Shown here in pieces: positions 12,562-26,400 of a DNA stretch of 64,000 nucleotides. How positions within the stretch are numbered: the first letter of the stretch is position 1; each line of letters opens with the position of its first letter. The translations under genes were made by a program, and so were the position numbers. Below the pieces are notes generated by a model that saw only the letters and a program-made list of their open reading frames with translations, searched no databases and was not told the DNA's origin. The stretch spans positions 1-64,000 of the forward strand of contig CAJNYD010000002.1 of NCBI GenBank assembly GCA_905331295.1, in the 5' to 3' direction. This stretch comes from Rotaria socialis. Lineage: Eukaryota.

Positions 12562-14894
12562 ATGAAGCGGGTTCACTCTTCAAATAATAGCAACCAAAAT
12601 ATTAATTCATCTCAAGCAAAACGTATCCGGTCCAGTACACCAATACAAGAGGAAAAGAGTTTAGCTCATTTTCCAAATAATGGTACTGGTAGTTCTATTA
12701 AAGTTCAAAATAAAAAGAAAGTGATCAATGCTATATGTCGAAATGGAGCTCAAAAGAAATGTAGTAACGAAAATTTTGATGATGATAATTCACAAATAGC
12801 AGCATATACACCATCGGGTTCCAGTATTTCTTTTTCTTCGTCATCAAGAGGTGGCGGCAAAGAAAATCATGGAAATTTAAATGCATCGCTAAAATCTCAA
12901 CGAAAACATACTCAAGCATTACATGCAATTACTGATATTTCTAATAATTTAGGAAACAAGTAAGTTGCTTAAAGTTGAATAGAAAAACATATGATATGGC
13001 TATTTAGGTCATTGAAAAAATCCATGGATACACAACATGAAAAGTTAGTAGGTCTTCTTGGTTCTATTCATTTAACTATTGTCTATTTGAAGATCAAGCT
13101 CTCCCAATTCGAATTCAACTAATAATTTGAACCGAACATCGGATTCCTATTCAAAGTTGGTGCTCAAGATGGTTATATTAAATAAATTTCTCATTCTTTT
13201 AGCCGTGTATCTTCGCCATCATCAAGTAAAAATAAAAAAACATCCGATAAAAACAAGTAATATTACAAATAAACTTAATTTTTTGTATAAACATATTCGG
13301 TTGTCGTACCTTTTCAATAGTTCTTCACGATCATCCATTACCAATAATCGATTTACAACTGATAATCAATCATCATCGTCGGTTTTGAATACTTCTCATG
13401 CTGTACAACCCACGTTTCCCATTCATTCTCTAGTAGAGGGTTCTCTTGAATACAGAGAAATGAAGCGTCTATATTTAAATGAAAAGCAACTGGTAGAAGA
13501 CTGGCGCAAAGATTATAACGTTCTAAAGAAACAAGTTGCTTTCGTCAAAACAAGCACCATTCGTAAGTGCGATTTTCTCTCCAGTTACTACTGAATACTA
13601 AACATATTTTGAGTTGAAAAAAAATCAATAGTTCAAAGGTACGCAACGAGACATTCTCTTTAATAATCTACGGAGATACAACTTACTTTCTGATTGACAA
13701 TGTCTATAACTTGTAAGGTATTTCTTCCATTGAATCTTGTACAAAGCAGCATGGCAAAGAGTTTGAAAACCTTTGGGTTTAATCTATCTTAATCTTTATA
13801 GTGAAAGTTATCTGTTAAAGAACCCTGATGCAGACTTATTAACCGAATCAGTGAGCTTGTACATTCTCCAAAAGTTCATGAAAACGATTAAATTAGGCTT
13901 CTTAATAAATTTTTTCATATAATTTAGTTCTGATTTGTCTCTATGAGATTTTTTTGGATACGAAAAATTTTCAATATCGAACATTACTTTAAGAAACATT
14001 TAAGCGAAAAAAATTATCTCGGCGATTCAGGAAAATTTCTCGAAAACGATGTATGATTTATAATTGAGACCTGAGCTTAATTATTTAGTATTCTGAACTT
14101 ATCAGATTTCGTATCAAAATTTTCAACATTCGTATATTATTTTTATTTAGCTCGACCGACAAGTGAAGTCTTAGATTGGTTGCATGAATTACTTGACATT
14201 ATGAAAAACAATGGCGCTTTTAAAGGCGATGGAAGAAGTCTTAATAAAATTGGACAAGATTTAGTTTTAGATGAAACAAGTCTTATTTCTGTAGCTGCAC
14301 GTACACCGCAAAAGTCAGCTTTAAAATTGTTTCGCTTGCTTTATCCTACTGTTGGTAGCCGGGCTGAATGTGGTTCAATTTCAAAAGTTCCTCCAAAACA
14401 ATTAGAAAACATATATAGTGAGGCTATTTCATACAGCTAGAATTATTAAATTATTTTATATTGATTTAGTTTATGTACGTAGTCTTCATAAAAATTTAAG
14501 TTTCACAAGAGCTGATATGAGAAAAGCTATTGGAACTTCAATTAGAAGTGCCACATGTGAATTACGTAAACTCGAGCGCAATCGGCAACATCGATTCAAT
14601 GATTCAAGAAGCGATGATAGTATGGATTTTCATGAATTTGATAAAACAATAAATATCATCAATGTATTTTTAGATGAAGTGGCTGATGTTACAGATGATG
14701 TTAATGAAAATGAACATGAAAACGAAGATGATGATGATGGCAATGGAGACATGAATGAAGATGAAGAGGATGGTGACATTGATGAAAATGAAGAAGATCG
14801 TGACATGGATGAAAATGAAAACGAAGGTGACGACGATGAAAAGGAAGAAAACAATATGTTGGTTGACGATGAAGTTGACGAAGAAGATAGTTGA
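12562..14894 (+). CDS. CACTA accessory protein (multi-exon; coiled coil, possible BEN-like helical domain, acidic tail)
   Basis: ORFs 12547, 13127, 14180 and 14418 are bounded by GT/AG sites, lie upstream of the transposase and end in a D/E-rich C-terminus. The BEN-like call is a pattern impression only. Confidence 0.55.
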
Positions 14895-15477
14895 CCGTTT
14901 TGGATAATTTTCGTGATGTATAAACAAGCAAAACGGACATTATAATTATGCTTTTAAATTAAAACATTTCCGCATTTCTTATTTTATAATTATTTTTTTG
15001 CTTTTATCATTCCCTGCATTTTCATACACTTATATCACTTTAATAAACATTGAATTACTTGTCTTTGCTCTTGTTTTCTAAATATAAAAGATGTGCATTT
15101 TCTTTCGCTTGGTTTTAGTATATTTGTCGGTGATATATAAATCTTATTTTTATGACTATAAAACTACTGCTAGTACGTAACAGATATCAAAGAAATATTA
15201 AAAAGAACACTGAACATACACTTCCATTGAGATTTAACAATCATATTCATAAGGTCGCATGTCTTCTGTGAAAATCTATCTACTTGAAGACGCAACAATG
15301 TTGCATTTGATTGAAATCGAAATAATTTGTATTTCACTGATATAAGAAAACCGTGCTATACTAAAGAATAGGTTTATATCGTCAATAATTAATTCAGCCA
15401 TAAAATATACGTATATATGCATATCTATATCTATATCTATGTCTATATATATTGGTTTATGAACTATAGATTATACA

Positions 15478-18350
15478 ATGATGGATAAAGAAGAAGAAAT
15501 TCCTCTGCATTCAGCAAAAGGTCTTGTTCGACGACTGAAAAATGCTAATAATCGCCTTTCCAGAAACACTGATGTATTTTCGCTGCACTTTGAGAGTACG
15601 AAAGATCTCCAGTAAGTACTTGTTTGTACATTGAAATAAAAATAGCTTTGGTAAAAAAAATAGAACGGCAAACAATCATGGTGATCCAGATTATTTTCAA
15701 CTTGATGAGTTCGACGAGATGACTATGCAAGATCAAGATGAAGAAACTAGCGCCAGTTCGAATGCATCAGAACATTGTATGGATCATGAATGTGATGCAA
15801 GCATATACGGGGTGCTTTCGGATGACGATGACGATAATAATAATAATAATAATGATGATGATGACAATGATAATGAAGAAATAAATTCATTTCAGACATC
15901 AGATGATGCTGCCAATAATGAGGTCCAATCTGGTCTACCTAATTCTAGAGAGATTTCTATTGCTCTTTCTCTTTTCCGACGTAGACATAATCTGTCAAAA
16001 TCATGTGTGAATGATTTGTGTGAATTACTACGTTATCTAGGTGTCAAAAACGTACCAACTGATTTTCGTACCATACAACGAAACATTCTAAAAAATCAGG
16101 AGAACATTTTGCAAGGTAAAAAGTATAGTGTTTGTTCTAAATGTGGCAACAAAGGAAATATCAAATCAAAGTGTGAAAATACTAAGTGTACATCAAGTGT
16201 TAATCATCAATCAATTTCAACAGAGTTATGTACTTTTAAACTACTCCCACAGATAACATCGATTTTGGAACGGCATGTCGTACTACCTCAACCAGATAAT
16301 GATTGCTCAAGAATAAGTGATGTGCAAGAAGGTGCAGTGTGGCGCAATATTTTTTCTCAACAACTAGTGGCTGACCCAAAAAGACAAATAGTAACATTTC
16401 TTCTAAATAGCGACGGCATCGTCTTGAAAAAAAGCAGTCGCTCTATTTGGGTCAGCTGCATGATTATTAATGAATTGCCGCGAGCTATTAGATTCAACAT
16501 CAACAATGTCATAATTTGTTCTATATCCATTGGCTCTAACAAACCAAAGAAAACTGAATTTCAAAGTCACATTTCTGATTGGGTGCGCGAATTACGTCAG
16601 CTGGAACTCGGTTTTTATGTTTCTCCACCGAATTCAAATAGAATATTTCTTAAAACGCATACTTACTTAATTGCAGCAACACTTGATAAGCCAGCACAAG
16701 CACTATTGATGAATATGAATGATCCTGTAGGCTTCTATAGTTGTGTTCGATGTACTATTAAAGGTATAGTGTTGAATCTTTCATCCTTTAAAAGAAGAAC
16801 TAAAAAATCATATTGATACATTAAAAAAGATGAGCTGTATTATAGAAGTTGATAGCAGTACTAGTATCAATCTGAGTGCATGGTTCATGAAAGCGACTTA
16901 ATTTAACGACGTACGATATAATCACATTCCTATGTCAGATTTGTGTATCGGAAAAGAATATTTTTAATAACTTAATTAAGTAAAAGAAGTAAGAAATAGA
17001 TGCAACTTTAAAGGAACAAACTGTTTCACATTGACGATTTCTTCTGATAGAAATAGCTTATAAACAAATTCCATTAGAGTTACATTATTTTTGAATATTA
17101 TTAATTTAAAAATATATGACTCATAAGCGCAGCATGACAATTCAATTGAAAGTGGTTTAAGACAATTTTAATTTATTTTGTTTTGCTTATACCTGTGGAA
17201 AGATATGTGGATAGACTTTGACTACTTATATTCTTTACAGGGAAGTCCGTACAAAGTGGCAATGGATCCATTCGTGTTTTTATTCGAAATACAGAAGATA
17301 ATATTGAAGATAGAAAAAATGCGTTGTACGATAAGCATCTTTTGATATTGTCACAAGTATGAGATTTACTGGGCAAAACATTTAATAGTCTCATTTTTAA
17401 TTTTACTAGAGAAGATCAAAATTAAAAACAAATGAATACGATCCTGCTTGTGGTCGTCAAGGTGTTTGTCTCTTACGCGATTTGTCATATTTTAACATTG
17501 GTCAATCTTGCACTGCAGATTCGCTTCACAATGTTTATGCTGGGACATTTGTAAGGATTTATTGATACAAGATGCTAGTAAAAACTGAATAATTGCTTGT
17601 ACTCAAATGTTCAGTTTTGTCTAGTAACTTATACGTATATAAAAAAAATGAATTTATTTATTTATTTATTTTCGTATACTACTATTTTCTCTTATTATTA
17701 ATTGATAGAAACGCTTATTGGAATTATGGTTTAAATCTCGTCGTCAACCATTTTCTATACACAAAAGTTTACACATAATCGAGGCTCAGCTGGACTCAAT
17801 TCGTTATTCATCAACAACATATCATGTACCGTCTCAGCTCAGACATTTTCAAGCATATAAAGGCAATGAATATCGACTGGTTTTGCTATTCGGTTACCAG
17901 TAAGTTTTTCACGTGTTATGGGTAGGGCAATGAATTTTATTCTAAATGAGACAAATATATCTGTTCACGAATAATCGAACAGCTACCACAGTAGCGAACA
18001 ATAGAGCAATGAAATGGATTTTTTTAAAGTCGATTGCTATAGGAAAGTTATTCGAACGGTGTTTTCTTCTGTGCATACACCATGAACTTCATAAAGAAAT
18101 ATATAATACTTGGTCTTTAGTAAAATAATAAACTCTTTAAAAAATAAAGAAAACTTTGTCGCATTTTATACCTATATATATTTATACATAGATATTTTGA
18201 ACGATTTCTGCCGACACAATATTATGATCATCTGAAGCTTTTAGCTTATGCGATGAATCTATCCGAATCATCTATTCTGTACTATGAGACAATTGGAACA
18301 GTTGAATTGTTGCTGAATGAATTTGACAGATTATTTCCGTTATTATACCC
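15478..18350 (+). CDS. CACTA/EnSpm Tnp2-type transposase, C-terminal exons missing
   Basis: Motifs CSKC..C..C, LNSDG...SIW....INELP...RF, DKPAQALLMN...GFYSCVRC, DSLHNVYAG, YKGNEYRLVLLF. Exons ~15478-15611, 15664-16763, 17241-17355, 17410-17550, 17709-17899 and 18192-18350. Confidence 0.85.
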
Positions 18351-18746
18351 AGTAAGTATATAATCATGTTTTTCTTAATGCTATGAGAGAAATCTTTCTT
18401 ATTAGCATAGATGTTTCTTTCTTAATGACCATTTCTACTAAGGTGCATTTGAAAGAAGCAGTTATGCTCGAATTACGATAATATATATGCAGATAACAGC
18501 ACACTCAATACCATACATGCATTACTAGTATGTCTTTCTGGGACGCTATATTTTAATTTGATAAATTAGCATGTATTCTCACGACCATACATCTCTTTAC
18601 CATACATAAGGAGATTGTACTAAGAGTGATAACATAGGTGTGAAGAAAGAACATTTTCTAATTTTATCATGATGAGTTTCTCCTAAGTAAGGTTATTACT
18701 CTAAATAGTTTTAGAATAGTTCTTTTTAGTCCGGTAACATACTGTC

Positions 18747-18775
18747 TGGGGTGTGTGGGTGTGGGTGTGGGTGTG
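18747..18775 (+). repeat. Interstitial telomeric repeats (TGTGGG)n
   Basis: TGGGGTGTGTGGGTGTGGGTGTGGGTGTG directly abuts a pLTR. TGTGGG is the known Adineta vaga telomeric unit. Confidence 0.85.
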
Positions 18776-18782
18776 AACAGCA

Positions 18783-18826
18783 GTCAAGACTAGTTTCATC
18801 CTTGCTGAAGGGAATCATCAGTTGAC
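18783..18826 (-). ncRNA. Minimal type I hammerhead ribozyme
   Basis: Minus strand GTCAA-CTGATGA-TTCC..GGAT-GAAA-CTAG-TC-TTGAC. Confidence 0.85.
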
Positions 18827-18964
18827 AAATATTCTAAATGATAAAATTAAATTTAAATTAATAAATTTAAAAAATCACAAGATAAAAATATATCTGACTT
18901 ATATATAGAATTAAAACTCATATATATAAGTTGATGATTTCAAATAACTGTAGTGTGAACAGCA

Positions 18965-19008
18965 GTCAAGACTAGTTTCATCCTTGCTGAAGGGAATCAT
19001 CAGTTGAC
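18965..19008 (-). ncRNA. Minimal type I hammerhead ribozyme
   Basis: Identical to the copy at 18783. Confidence 0.85.
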
Positions 19009-19148
19009 AAATATTCTAAATGATAAAATTAAATTTAAATAAATGAATTTAAAAAATCACAAGATAAAAATATATCTGACTTATATATAGAATTAAAACT
19101 CATATATATAAGTTGATAATTTCAAATAACTGTGGGTGTGAAGAAGCT

Positions 19149-19192
19149 GCCATGACCGGTTTCGATCTTGCTTAAGGATCTCATCAGATGGC
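19149..19192 (-). ncRNA. Minimal type I hammerhead ribozyme
   Basis: GCCAT-CTGATGA-GATC..GATC-GAAA-CCGG-TC-ATGGC. Confidence 0.9.
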
Positions 19193-19343
19193 TTAATCTA
19201 TTCAAGTTTCAAATAAGTAAATTTAAAACTAAATAGAAAAGATAAAATTCAATGTTATAAAGAAAATTTTGAATAAAATCAATAGATAAAATTCAAATTA
19301 TAATAGAATCTTAAATTTTTGTTGGCAGTAGTGTGAAGAAGCT

Positions 19344-19387
19344 GCCATGATCGGTTTCGTCCTTGCTTAAGGGACTCATCAGATGGC
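19344..19387 (-). ncRNA. Minimal type I hammerhead ribozyme (stem III mismatch)
   Basis: GCCAT-CTGATGA-GTCC..GGAC-GAAA-CCGA-TC-ATGGC. Confidence 0.8.
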
Positions 19388-21513
19388 TTAAGATCTATTC
19401 AAGTTTCAAATAAATAAATTTAAAACTAAATAGACAAGTAACGCGACATAAGTGTCGCTGACCCTCTACTGAAAGGAAAAGATTACTATGAAGACATCAT
19501 TGATTTAATAATATTAAAAAAACTTTTCTCGTGTAGTGACTGAATGTATAATATCTAAGAACTGACGACATATTTGAATTCTTCAACGCTAGCAAGCTCT
19601 CATTATAAATGACTGCAAATATTACACTGTGCTATATGAGAAATTTTAGCTGAATAACGAATGAATATTGCCCAGAGTTGTTATGAGCCGTTTCCCACGT
19701 TGAAAAACTGAATATTGATTTTAAATAAAATCGCGCTTGCTGTATGATCAAATATTGAAAATCAATCAGTTTTGATTGTACAAAACAATCTTCATAAACA
19801 TGTATCTGGTGATGCTAAAAATTTACGTCGCCGCAATTAAAATGTGAGTAGCGTTAAAAGTTCAATGATTAGAATTTCTCATGCAGATATTTTAAGAGAA
19901 CTTCCACTATGGGAAATGAATCAAGCTAGTAATTCTCGCCAAGGACCATTTCAATTTATATCTACTGAAGGTTTCGCTTAAAAATTGCATATTTATTATT
20001 CACGAGACTGAATCTCGTCAAATTTGAAACACAAATCAATAAAGGCAGAATATTTCGAAAAGTACTTCTACATGATTAAGAATTATTTCTTTATTCATTT
20101 TTTATATTGAACGAATAACTATTTTGTTTCTATAGAATACGAATAAATAACAAGATTTTAATAGTAAAGCATTAAAATTATATGATAGGTCAAAATTTCA
20201 AATAGATATTTTAATTAAATATTGTCAATTATTAGCGCCGTTGTAATATTTATTTTCAAGTTGACCGAGAGCCAAAAATCCATTTAACAACTCGCTTTGG
20301 TCAATGCCATGTGCCGTTTTATCCTTGGATGTTGATGCGTCATAATAGAGACGAAATAGGATTGAACCTAAAATATAATTAACACATATAGTTAGTATTG
20401 TAAATTTTAGCCGCACTCTTGATATATTACTGTCATGAATGTTAAATGGATATTTGATAATTTTATCATTTCCTATTTGAGCTACAACTAAAAAAGTAAG
20501 GGCTCGTAATATTCCATTTTTCGTACAATTAGCAACATGAAGTAGAATCTGGAATATGTTAAAGGGCGTAAGCAACTTTAAAAACCTTACTTCTATCATT
20601 AATACATACTTTACAACAATCATAATTTTCTAGATAATGTTTCAGCTCATCAATTTCAGCAATATGAAGAAAGATTCTGGTTATGGTTTGAAATAGAGAC
20701 AAAATTGACTAAAATAAAAAAAAAGATGGATTTATATCACTCTTATGTATGATAAGGAATTATTACGTTATTTGTTTCTAAAATTTCAAGATATGACGTT
20801 TGTAATAAGAGTGGGGCAAGTGAATGGATAATACCAGCCTGTAAAGCATCCTAATTGATTTAACAGAGAAAACATAGCATTAAGACAACACTATTTTCAT
20901 CTTAAAACCCAAGCAAAGCACATCTACCTGGCATAGTTCCTGAGACACATCCATGTACGAGTTCAGACCATGCAGGGCACAAGTAAATGCTTGCCATTTA
21001 TTGTGACAATGCATCAATTCATCGCTATTCAAATTCAAGATCGTTACACAAAGCCCTATAGAATTAAATAATATAATTTTCGTGCATGATTTCTGTACCT
21101 ACCAGCGAATTTCTTATCAATAAGCTTTTTTATGAAAAGAGATTGATAATACGATGATGAGTTAACTCGTGTATATATATGGTCGATAGTGTCGAATAGA
21201 TCAAAGAGAGAGCTTGTAGAGCTCTTGTTGTACATTGATGCATCGGTAATTTCATCCAAAACATTCGCGAGCTACAATTACAACATCAATCATGAAAGTA
21301 TTTCTTCTTAATAATAAAGGTACTTCTTTGATACAATTTCTGAAGTGATTTCTGCATCTAATAAAATTCAATATACACCGTAATTTATTCTAAGCGATGA
21401 AAAATAGTTTTTATATAAAAATTATGCTTTCAAGGAGATCTCACGTGATTAGGTTTAGATTGACTTTCTAAAACATTGATGAAGATATATGTATATATAA
21501 GGACATCTGAATT

Positions 21514-21777
21514 TTAAGCTATTATCTCACTTTTTACTACATTGCGATTCGGAATAAAGAAGTAGAACATCCACATTATTAGTACAAGCAAAAATGAAAT
21601 CGAAACAAAATGCACCCTAATCAAGTCGAATCGGTGTTGTTCTACAATCTGATTGACCGCTGGATCACGTATACTCGCAAAGTTGTAGCTGACACCATTG
21701 GAAATGACTGCTACGTTTTGATTACCAGATATTCCAATTTTGTTGCTATATTGAGACTGGGCGCACAAGTTACCCAT
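21514..21777 (-). CDS. 87-aa single-pass membrane protein with N-terminal MG (possible myristoylation), FAST-like
   Basis: MGNLCAQSQYSNKIGISGNQNVAVIS..., hydrophobic segment FVSISFLLVLIMWMFYFFI near the C-terminus. Confidence 0.55.
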   Translation of the reverse strand: MGNLCAQSQYSNKIGISGNQNVAVISNGVSYNFASIRDPAVNQIVEQHRFDLIRVHFVSISFLLVLIMWMFYFFIPNRNVVKSEIIA

Positions 21778-21889
21778 AATAAAGATGATTTATAAATATA
21801 ATATATCTATGTGTATGTGAACAGAAATTGTAAATGACTTCGATAATAAATCGGAGTTTCTTCTAGAAAAAGCACAAAAATAAAATCAG

Positions 21890-22195
21890 CAGCGTCTAAG
21901 GACTGAGAAATAGGAATTCCTAATGTGCCGAGGAATTGTCAGTGTCGCTGTGATAATTCCTAGAGGAAATGGAAATCAACTATCGGTTCCCTCACAGTTT
22001 CACCATTCACGAAAGTCGCGATATTGCTGTTTTAAAAATAATTTTTGCATGAAATTCTTGATTCTCACAATTTTGCGAGTGAATATGCGTGTAAGAACAA
22101 AAATTATCGTGTATATTCCATATTCTTACCTTTAGTATGCAAGGAACTGTAGGGGTACTGATGAGGAATTCCTAATCCTCAGTCCTTGGACACTC
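21890..22195. mobile_element. ~305-bp MITE
   Basis: Imperfect TIRs AGCGTCTAAGGACTGAGAAATAGGAATTCCT / AGGAATTCCTAATCCTCAGTCCTTGGACACT. Confidence 0.7.
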
Positions 22196-22485
22196 CTCGT
22201 TATTTATTGTGATGTACAGAGGAGAGCACTCTGGACATAACAGACAATTATTATAAAGAGGGCATTGAAGAATAATGAGTCATTATAAGAAAGAAGGTAT
22301 TATTAATGAATTTAAAACGAGTACATTGAATGAGGAAAGTAAAACAAAGCAAAAAAACAGAAGTTGTAACTAAATAAGTTTTTTCATATGATGAAACGTA
22401 AAGGTAACATATAGAGAGATACTTATATAAGTTGAACTAGTATTATCAGTACTCTACTTGAATGGTGCTCTTGGCCGAGCTGTCA

Positions 22486-22803
22486 TCAAATAAAATCAAG
22501 TGTAGTCAGAAGCTTCGTCTTGGGATTGATCGTAACGGTGAAGTCTTCTGGTTCATCTTGATGTATAATTACTGCTTTCATATCATTGTTATCGTGACTT
22601 GAAGTTTGATTATGTTGCTTAGCGTCTTCCCCACGATACATGGAACATGTGACCCAAATGCCGGCCAGCAGACAAAGTAAAATTAATGATGATAGTACAA
22701 TAATAATACCTAGTAGTTCTTGAGAACTGAATGCCAATCCGCATTTTTTTTCCATTATTTGTGATGGTAGTGTCATCCATTCATTAGTGTACTTTGGATT
22801 CAT
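22486..22803 (-). CDS. 105-aa single-pass membrane protein
   Basis: Hydrophobic helix LLGIIIVLSSLILLCLLAGIWVTC, short N-terminal region, polar tail. Confidence 0.55.
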   Translation of the reverse strand: MNPKYTNEWMTLPSQIMEKKCGLAFSSQELLGIIIVLSSLILLCLLAGIWVTCSMYRGEDAKQHNQTSSHDNNDMKAVIIHQDEPEDFTVTINPKTKLLTTLDFI

Positions 22804-23457
22804 TTCGCAAAACGGATTATGTGAATAGATATTCGAAAGTAAATTCAGTCTATCTAGAAAAAGAAATCGATTGTAATGAAGGTTTTAGAATGTTAGTGTT
22901 TAGTAGCGTTTTAAGAACCAGATGATGTGGTATGTGGTATGATAAGTTATCATAGTACTTTGATAGTATTTTATTTTCACTCATAAACTATATACATATC
23001 TATCTTTACAGTTTAGTTTTTCTCTAATTATCTAGCAATGAGTGTTATGGTGAATCGTAGTTGGGATGACTTGCTGATCATTTGATAGGGATGTATATTA
23101 GGTTGCTTCAAATAGTAACCTAATATTTTTCAATGGTATTACAAATCTACAATAGAACAAAAGATCAAGATGATGCTGATAACAGAAAAAGATGTATTTC
23201 CACAACGAATTTATTTTAGTTTTGAAGATTTGTCACCCTGTTACATCACACATGCACACACACACATACACACACACACTAAATTTATAACACATCCAAA
23301 ATACGCATTGGTAGAGTTCTCGAGCTGTNGTATAAATGTCATTTTTTTTGGCGACTATTTACAATATTCTCCAGTCTTGGATAAACCTCTTTATCATAGC
23401 GGTACCTCACACACACACACACACGAAATCGAAATGATAGTGAAACATGAATGTTTT

Positions 23458-26400
23458 TTAAGTAATTGAAGCAAAACTCTTTCGAGTAACTTTTGCGATC
23501 TTGTCTAATCTATTAAGTTCTTCCAGTTGTGCTGCTGTTGGTTTCACTTGCAGAGATGACAGTTCGAAAGAACGCACAATCAGGAGATCATCTAGTCGTT
23601 TAACACGAGATAATGGAACGTAAACAGATGCCACTTCAACTGGTCCGGAAGGCATAACAAGATCAACAATAATTTTACCCAAGGTTTGACCTTGACTTTT
23701 ATGCGTCGTCATACTGTAGGCGGGTATCAACGGAAGTGCTTTACGCTTGATGGAAATCTTCGTCAACTTTTTGCCCTTCTTTGCAGCTTTTGAAATAGTT
23801 TCGGTAAGAAGCTCCTTAATGTCAAAGAGAAAAGTTTGCTCACTAACTGAGATTGGAATTATTTTGGTTTGAAGATCTCTGAGACCAGAATCAAGTTTAC
23901 AGCTCGAGAACTCTACCAATGCGTATTTTGGATGTGTTATAAATTTAGTGTGCTTTGGAAAAACGGTTTCGTCGAATTGAATATCGTCACAAACTTCATC
24001 GTATACGAGCTGACGAAATATTCCACGTGTACCATTGGAAAGTCCTAGTTCGGTCGCAATGTTTTCCGTTAGTAAAACAGGCATACCTGGCACAAGTGGT
24101 AAGTAACCAGGAAGATGCTCTGTCTTATTATCCGGTAATTCGAGAATCGCTTTGCGTAATCTTACATCGCTAATGGCTGCATTTCTAACATAATCTTGAG
24201 CAACACAAATGATCGGTCTGAGTTTCATCTCCGTAGCTTTATTAAGTACCGCTCTGTTGTTTATTTGAGTTCGAAGTGTATTGCGAAAAACCAAGATAGG
24301 AGCCTATCATGAAACATTTGATTAAATATTGAAAAAACCTGATCGAACATACTTCGTTCCAGGGGTCCTGTTGTAAATATGTCTTCAAATTTGGAGTTCC
24401 GATTACTCGTGTACAAAGAAGTTCATAGTCTTCGATTGTTGATTTTCCATCTCTTAATCTATTCAATAGTTCCAAATATCTTGTATCTTCAGTACGCATC
24501 TGTTGCTCCAATTGGACAACACAATTTATTTGTGATATCACTTTTTGTGCACACTGCATTTCTATTTGACGTTCTGTATATTGTTGTGTTGAGGTACCGC
24601 TATGATAAAGAGGTTTATCCAAGACTGGAGAATATTGTAAATAGTCGCCAAAAAAAATGACATTTATACCACCAAAAGGAACATCCGTATTGATATGCTT
24701 CGCCGTTTTCACTATGCGATTGAGCCGAGCTAATAGACTAAGTCCTAACATACTCATCTCATCAATTATCAAGTACTTCACGTGACGCCACTCATTTTCC
24801 AACTTTGTGTCGCCTGGTCTAAATGTTCTTACTTGTCGTTTTTTAGAATTTTTTCGACTTTCGCCTAAAAATGAATGGATTGTTAGGCCATCAATCTCTG
24901 CTGCTGCTATAGATGTTGGTGCCAATTTTCGCAACATTTTCCTCCTCATAGTAGCTTGGAAATAATTCGTGATTGCACGAATTAATTGAGATTTTCCAGT
25001 GCCACCACAACCAGGTACACACATCAGTAGCTGGTTTTCATTAGTGCCTAAATCATTATGGTTATTCTTTTCTTTTTGATAGAAATTAGAAAAATTTACC
25101 AGTGGGAAGTTGGCTGTCACCGTCTAGGTGGCTAGTAATAATCATGAAAGCAAACTTCTGCTCAGTATTGAGTGTAAACTTTCTGATAATATCTGATTTA
25201 GTCGGTAAGGTAACTGAGATAGTTGCAGTTACAGCTGGTACTACGGTAGTATTTACTTTACTTGGACTTGTAGGTATTTCAGAAGTTATAACTTCAACTT
25301 GCATCTCATCATCTCGCACCTCCAAAGAATCTTCTCCTGAAATTAAATAATTTCTTGCTTGATCTCTTCTCATTTCAATATCGCGCTTCCATTCTTTTAC
25401 CATAGCTGTATGATGCGAATGAGCTACGGTAAACGTATTGAAATCGGCTACGATGTGGCAGTCATTTATGTTCAACATATTTTTGTAATCTAAATATAGT
25501 TTATTATTACTAGCACGAAATAAAATTAAACTTACCATTTAGTGATCCAAACCGCTTTGTTTTATCGATCGCCTCCAATGCGTCGAATAGGTAACGCTGC
25601 TCAGGGCTGCTGAGAGACGCAGAGTAAGCTTTAGTGGTGGTCTCATCTACCAACGAGAGCATTTGTAAGAGTTCTTCCGGATTGTCTTCAGGATTGTTTT
25701 CATCATCTTCATAACAGTTAGGAATCAGAATAGGATCTATTTTTATATCAGCTTGAGCTTCTGCAATAACTCGATGAAGATGTTCGTCACGATCATTCTT
25801 ACATTCGTGGAGGAGTTGGATATTTTCAATAATCTTCAGAGCATCAGCAGCGATCTCAAATTTTCGAACCTCCAACGCCTGAGACCATGTCTGTTGTAAT
25901 GCACAAAGGTCATTCACTGATCTCCATGGTACGAATAAAGTTAGCAATGCACGACAATAACGTTCGCGTGTATCTTCTCGCTCTCGACGTGGTATTTGAG
26001 GACCTAAAAGAACTGGCACAACTGGATTGGCTCGTTTGATGAGAACATGTGATGATGATTGTGGATGTAGGTTTGCAAAAGTATGTCTCTCATTCATCTT
26101 TGTTCCTTCTGTATTTAGTCGTTGACCTTCTGATGCCGTGGTATTCTTCAGTAAACGTCTGTCGGATTTGTCGATTAATTTTTTGTGAAAGAGACTAACA
26201 AATTCATATAGGCATAACGCAGTTAGATCTTTCGATCGATGCTGATAGTCTAGACGAGTGTTCACCATAACGTAACTCTGACCGTTAGTCGTTTGTGTTG
26301 GTTCTAAAAGAAATTGCTCTTCAGTTTCTTTAGCTTCTTCTTCTCGGTCCTCATAGAAAAGCGTTGACATATCTACAAAAATCGTTTATTTAACATCTGT

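Larger units (their letters stand above)
9735..18746 (+). mobile_element. CACTA/EnSpm (CMC) DNA transposon, 3'-truncated
   Basis: Putative left end TA|CACTCTAAAAAT, subterminal repeats, an accessory gene and a Tnp2-type transposase. No right TIR seen; the element ends at telomeric repeats. Confidence 0.7.
18776..19434 (-). repeat. Four tandem Athena pseudo-LTRs (two types, two copies each)
   Basis: ~182-bp unit twice (18776-19130), then TGTGGGTGTG at 19131-19140, then a ~195-bp unit twice (second copy interrupted at 19435). Each unit contains a hammerhead. Confidence 0.85.

Noticed and set aside
14630..14940. Ser-, His- and Phe/Ile-rich minus-strand ORFs
   Set aside because: Antisense shadows of the acidic GAT/GAA tract.
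18776..19434. CRISPR or true LTRs
   Set aside because: These are hammerhead-containing PLE pseudo-LTRs with no TG..CA ends, PBS or spacers.
20225..21290. Possible cargo gene near the Helentron 3' end
   Set aside because: Fragmented ORFs with no motif I can recognise. It may be a decayed gene but cannot be called.
23170..23469. 99-aa ORF containing inverted pieces of the helicase (possible hairpin RNA source)
   Set aside because: Two exact fragments from ~23900-23951 and ~24590-24669 are joined by an N inside a CA microsatellite, which is typical of faulty gap filling.
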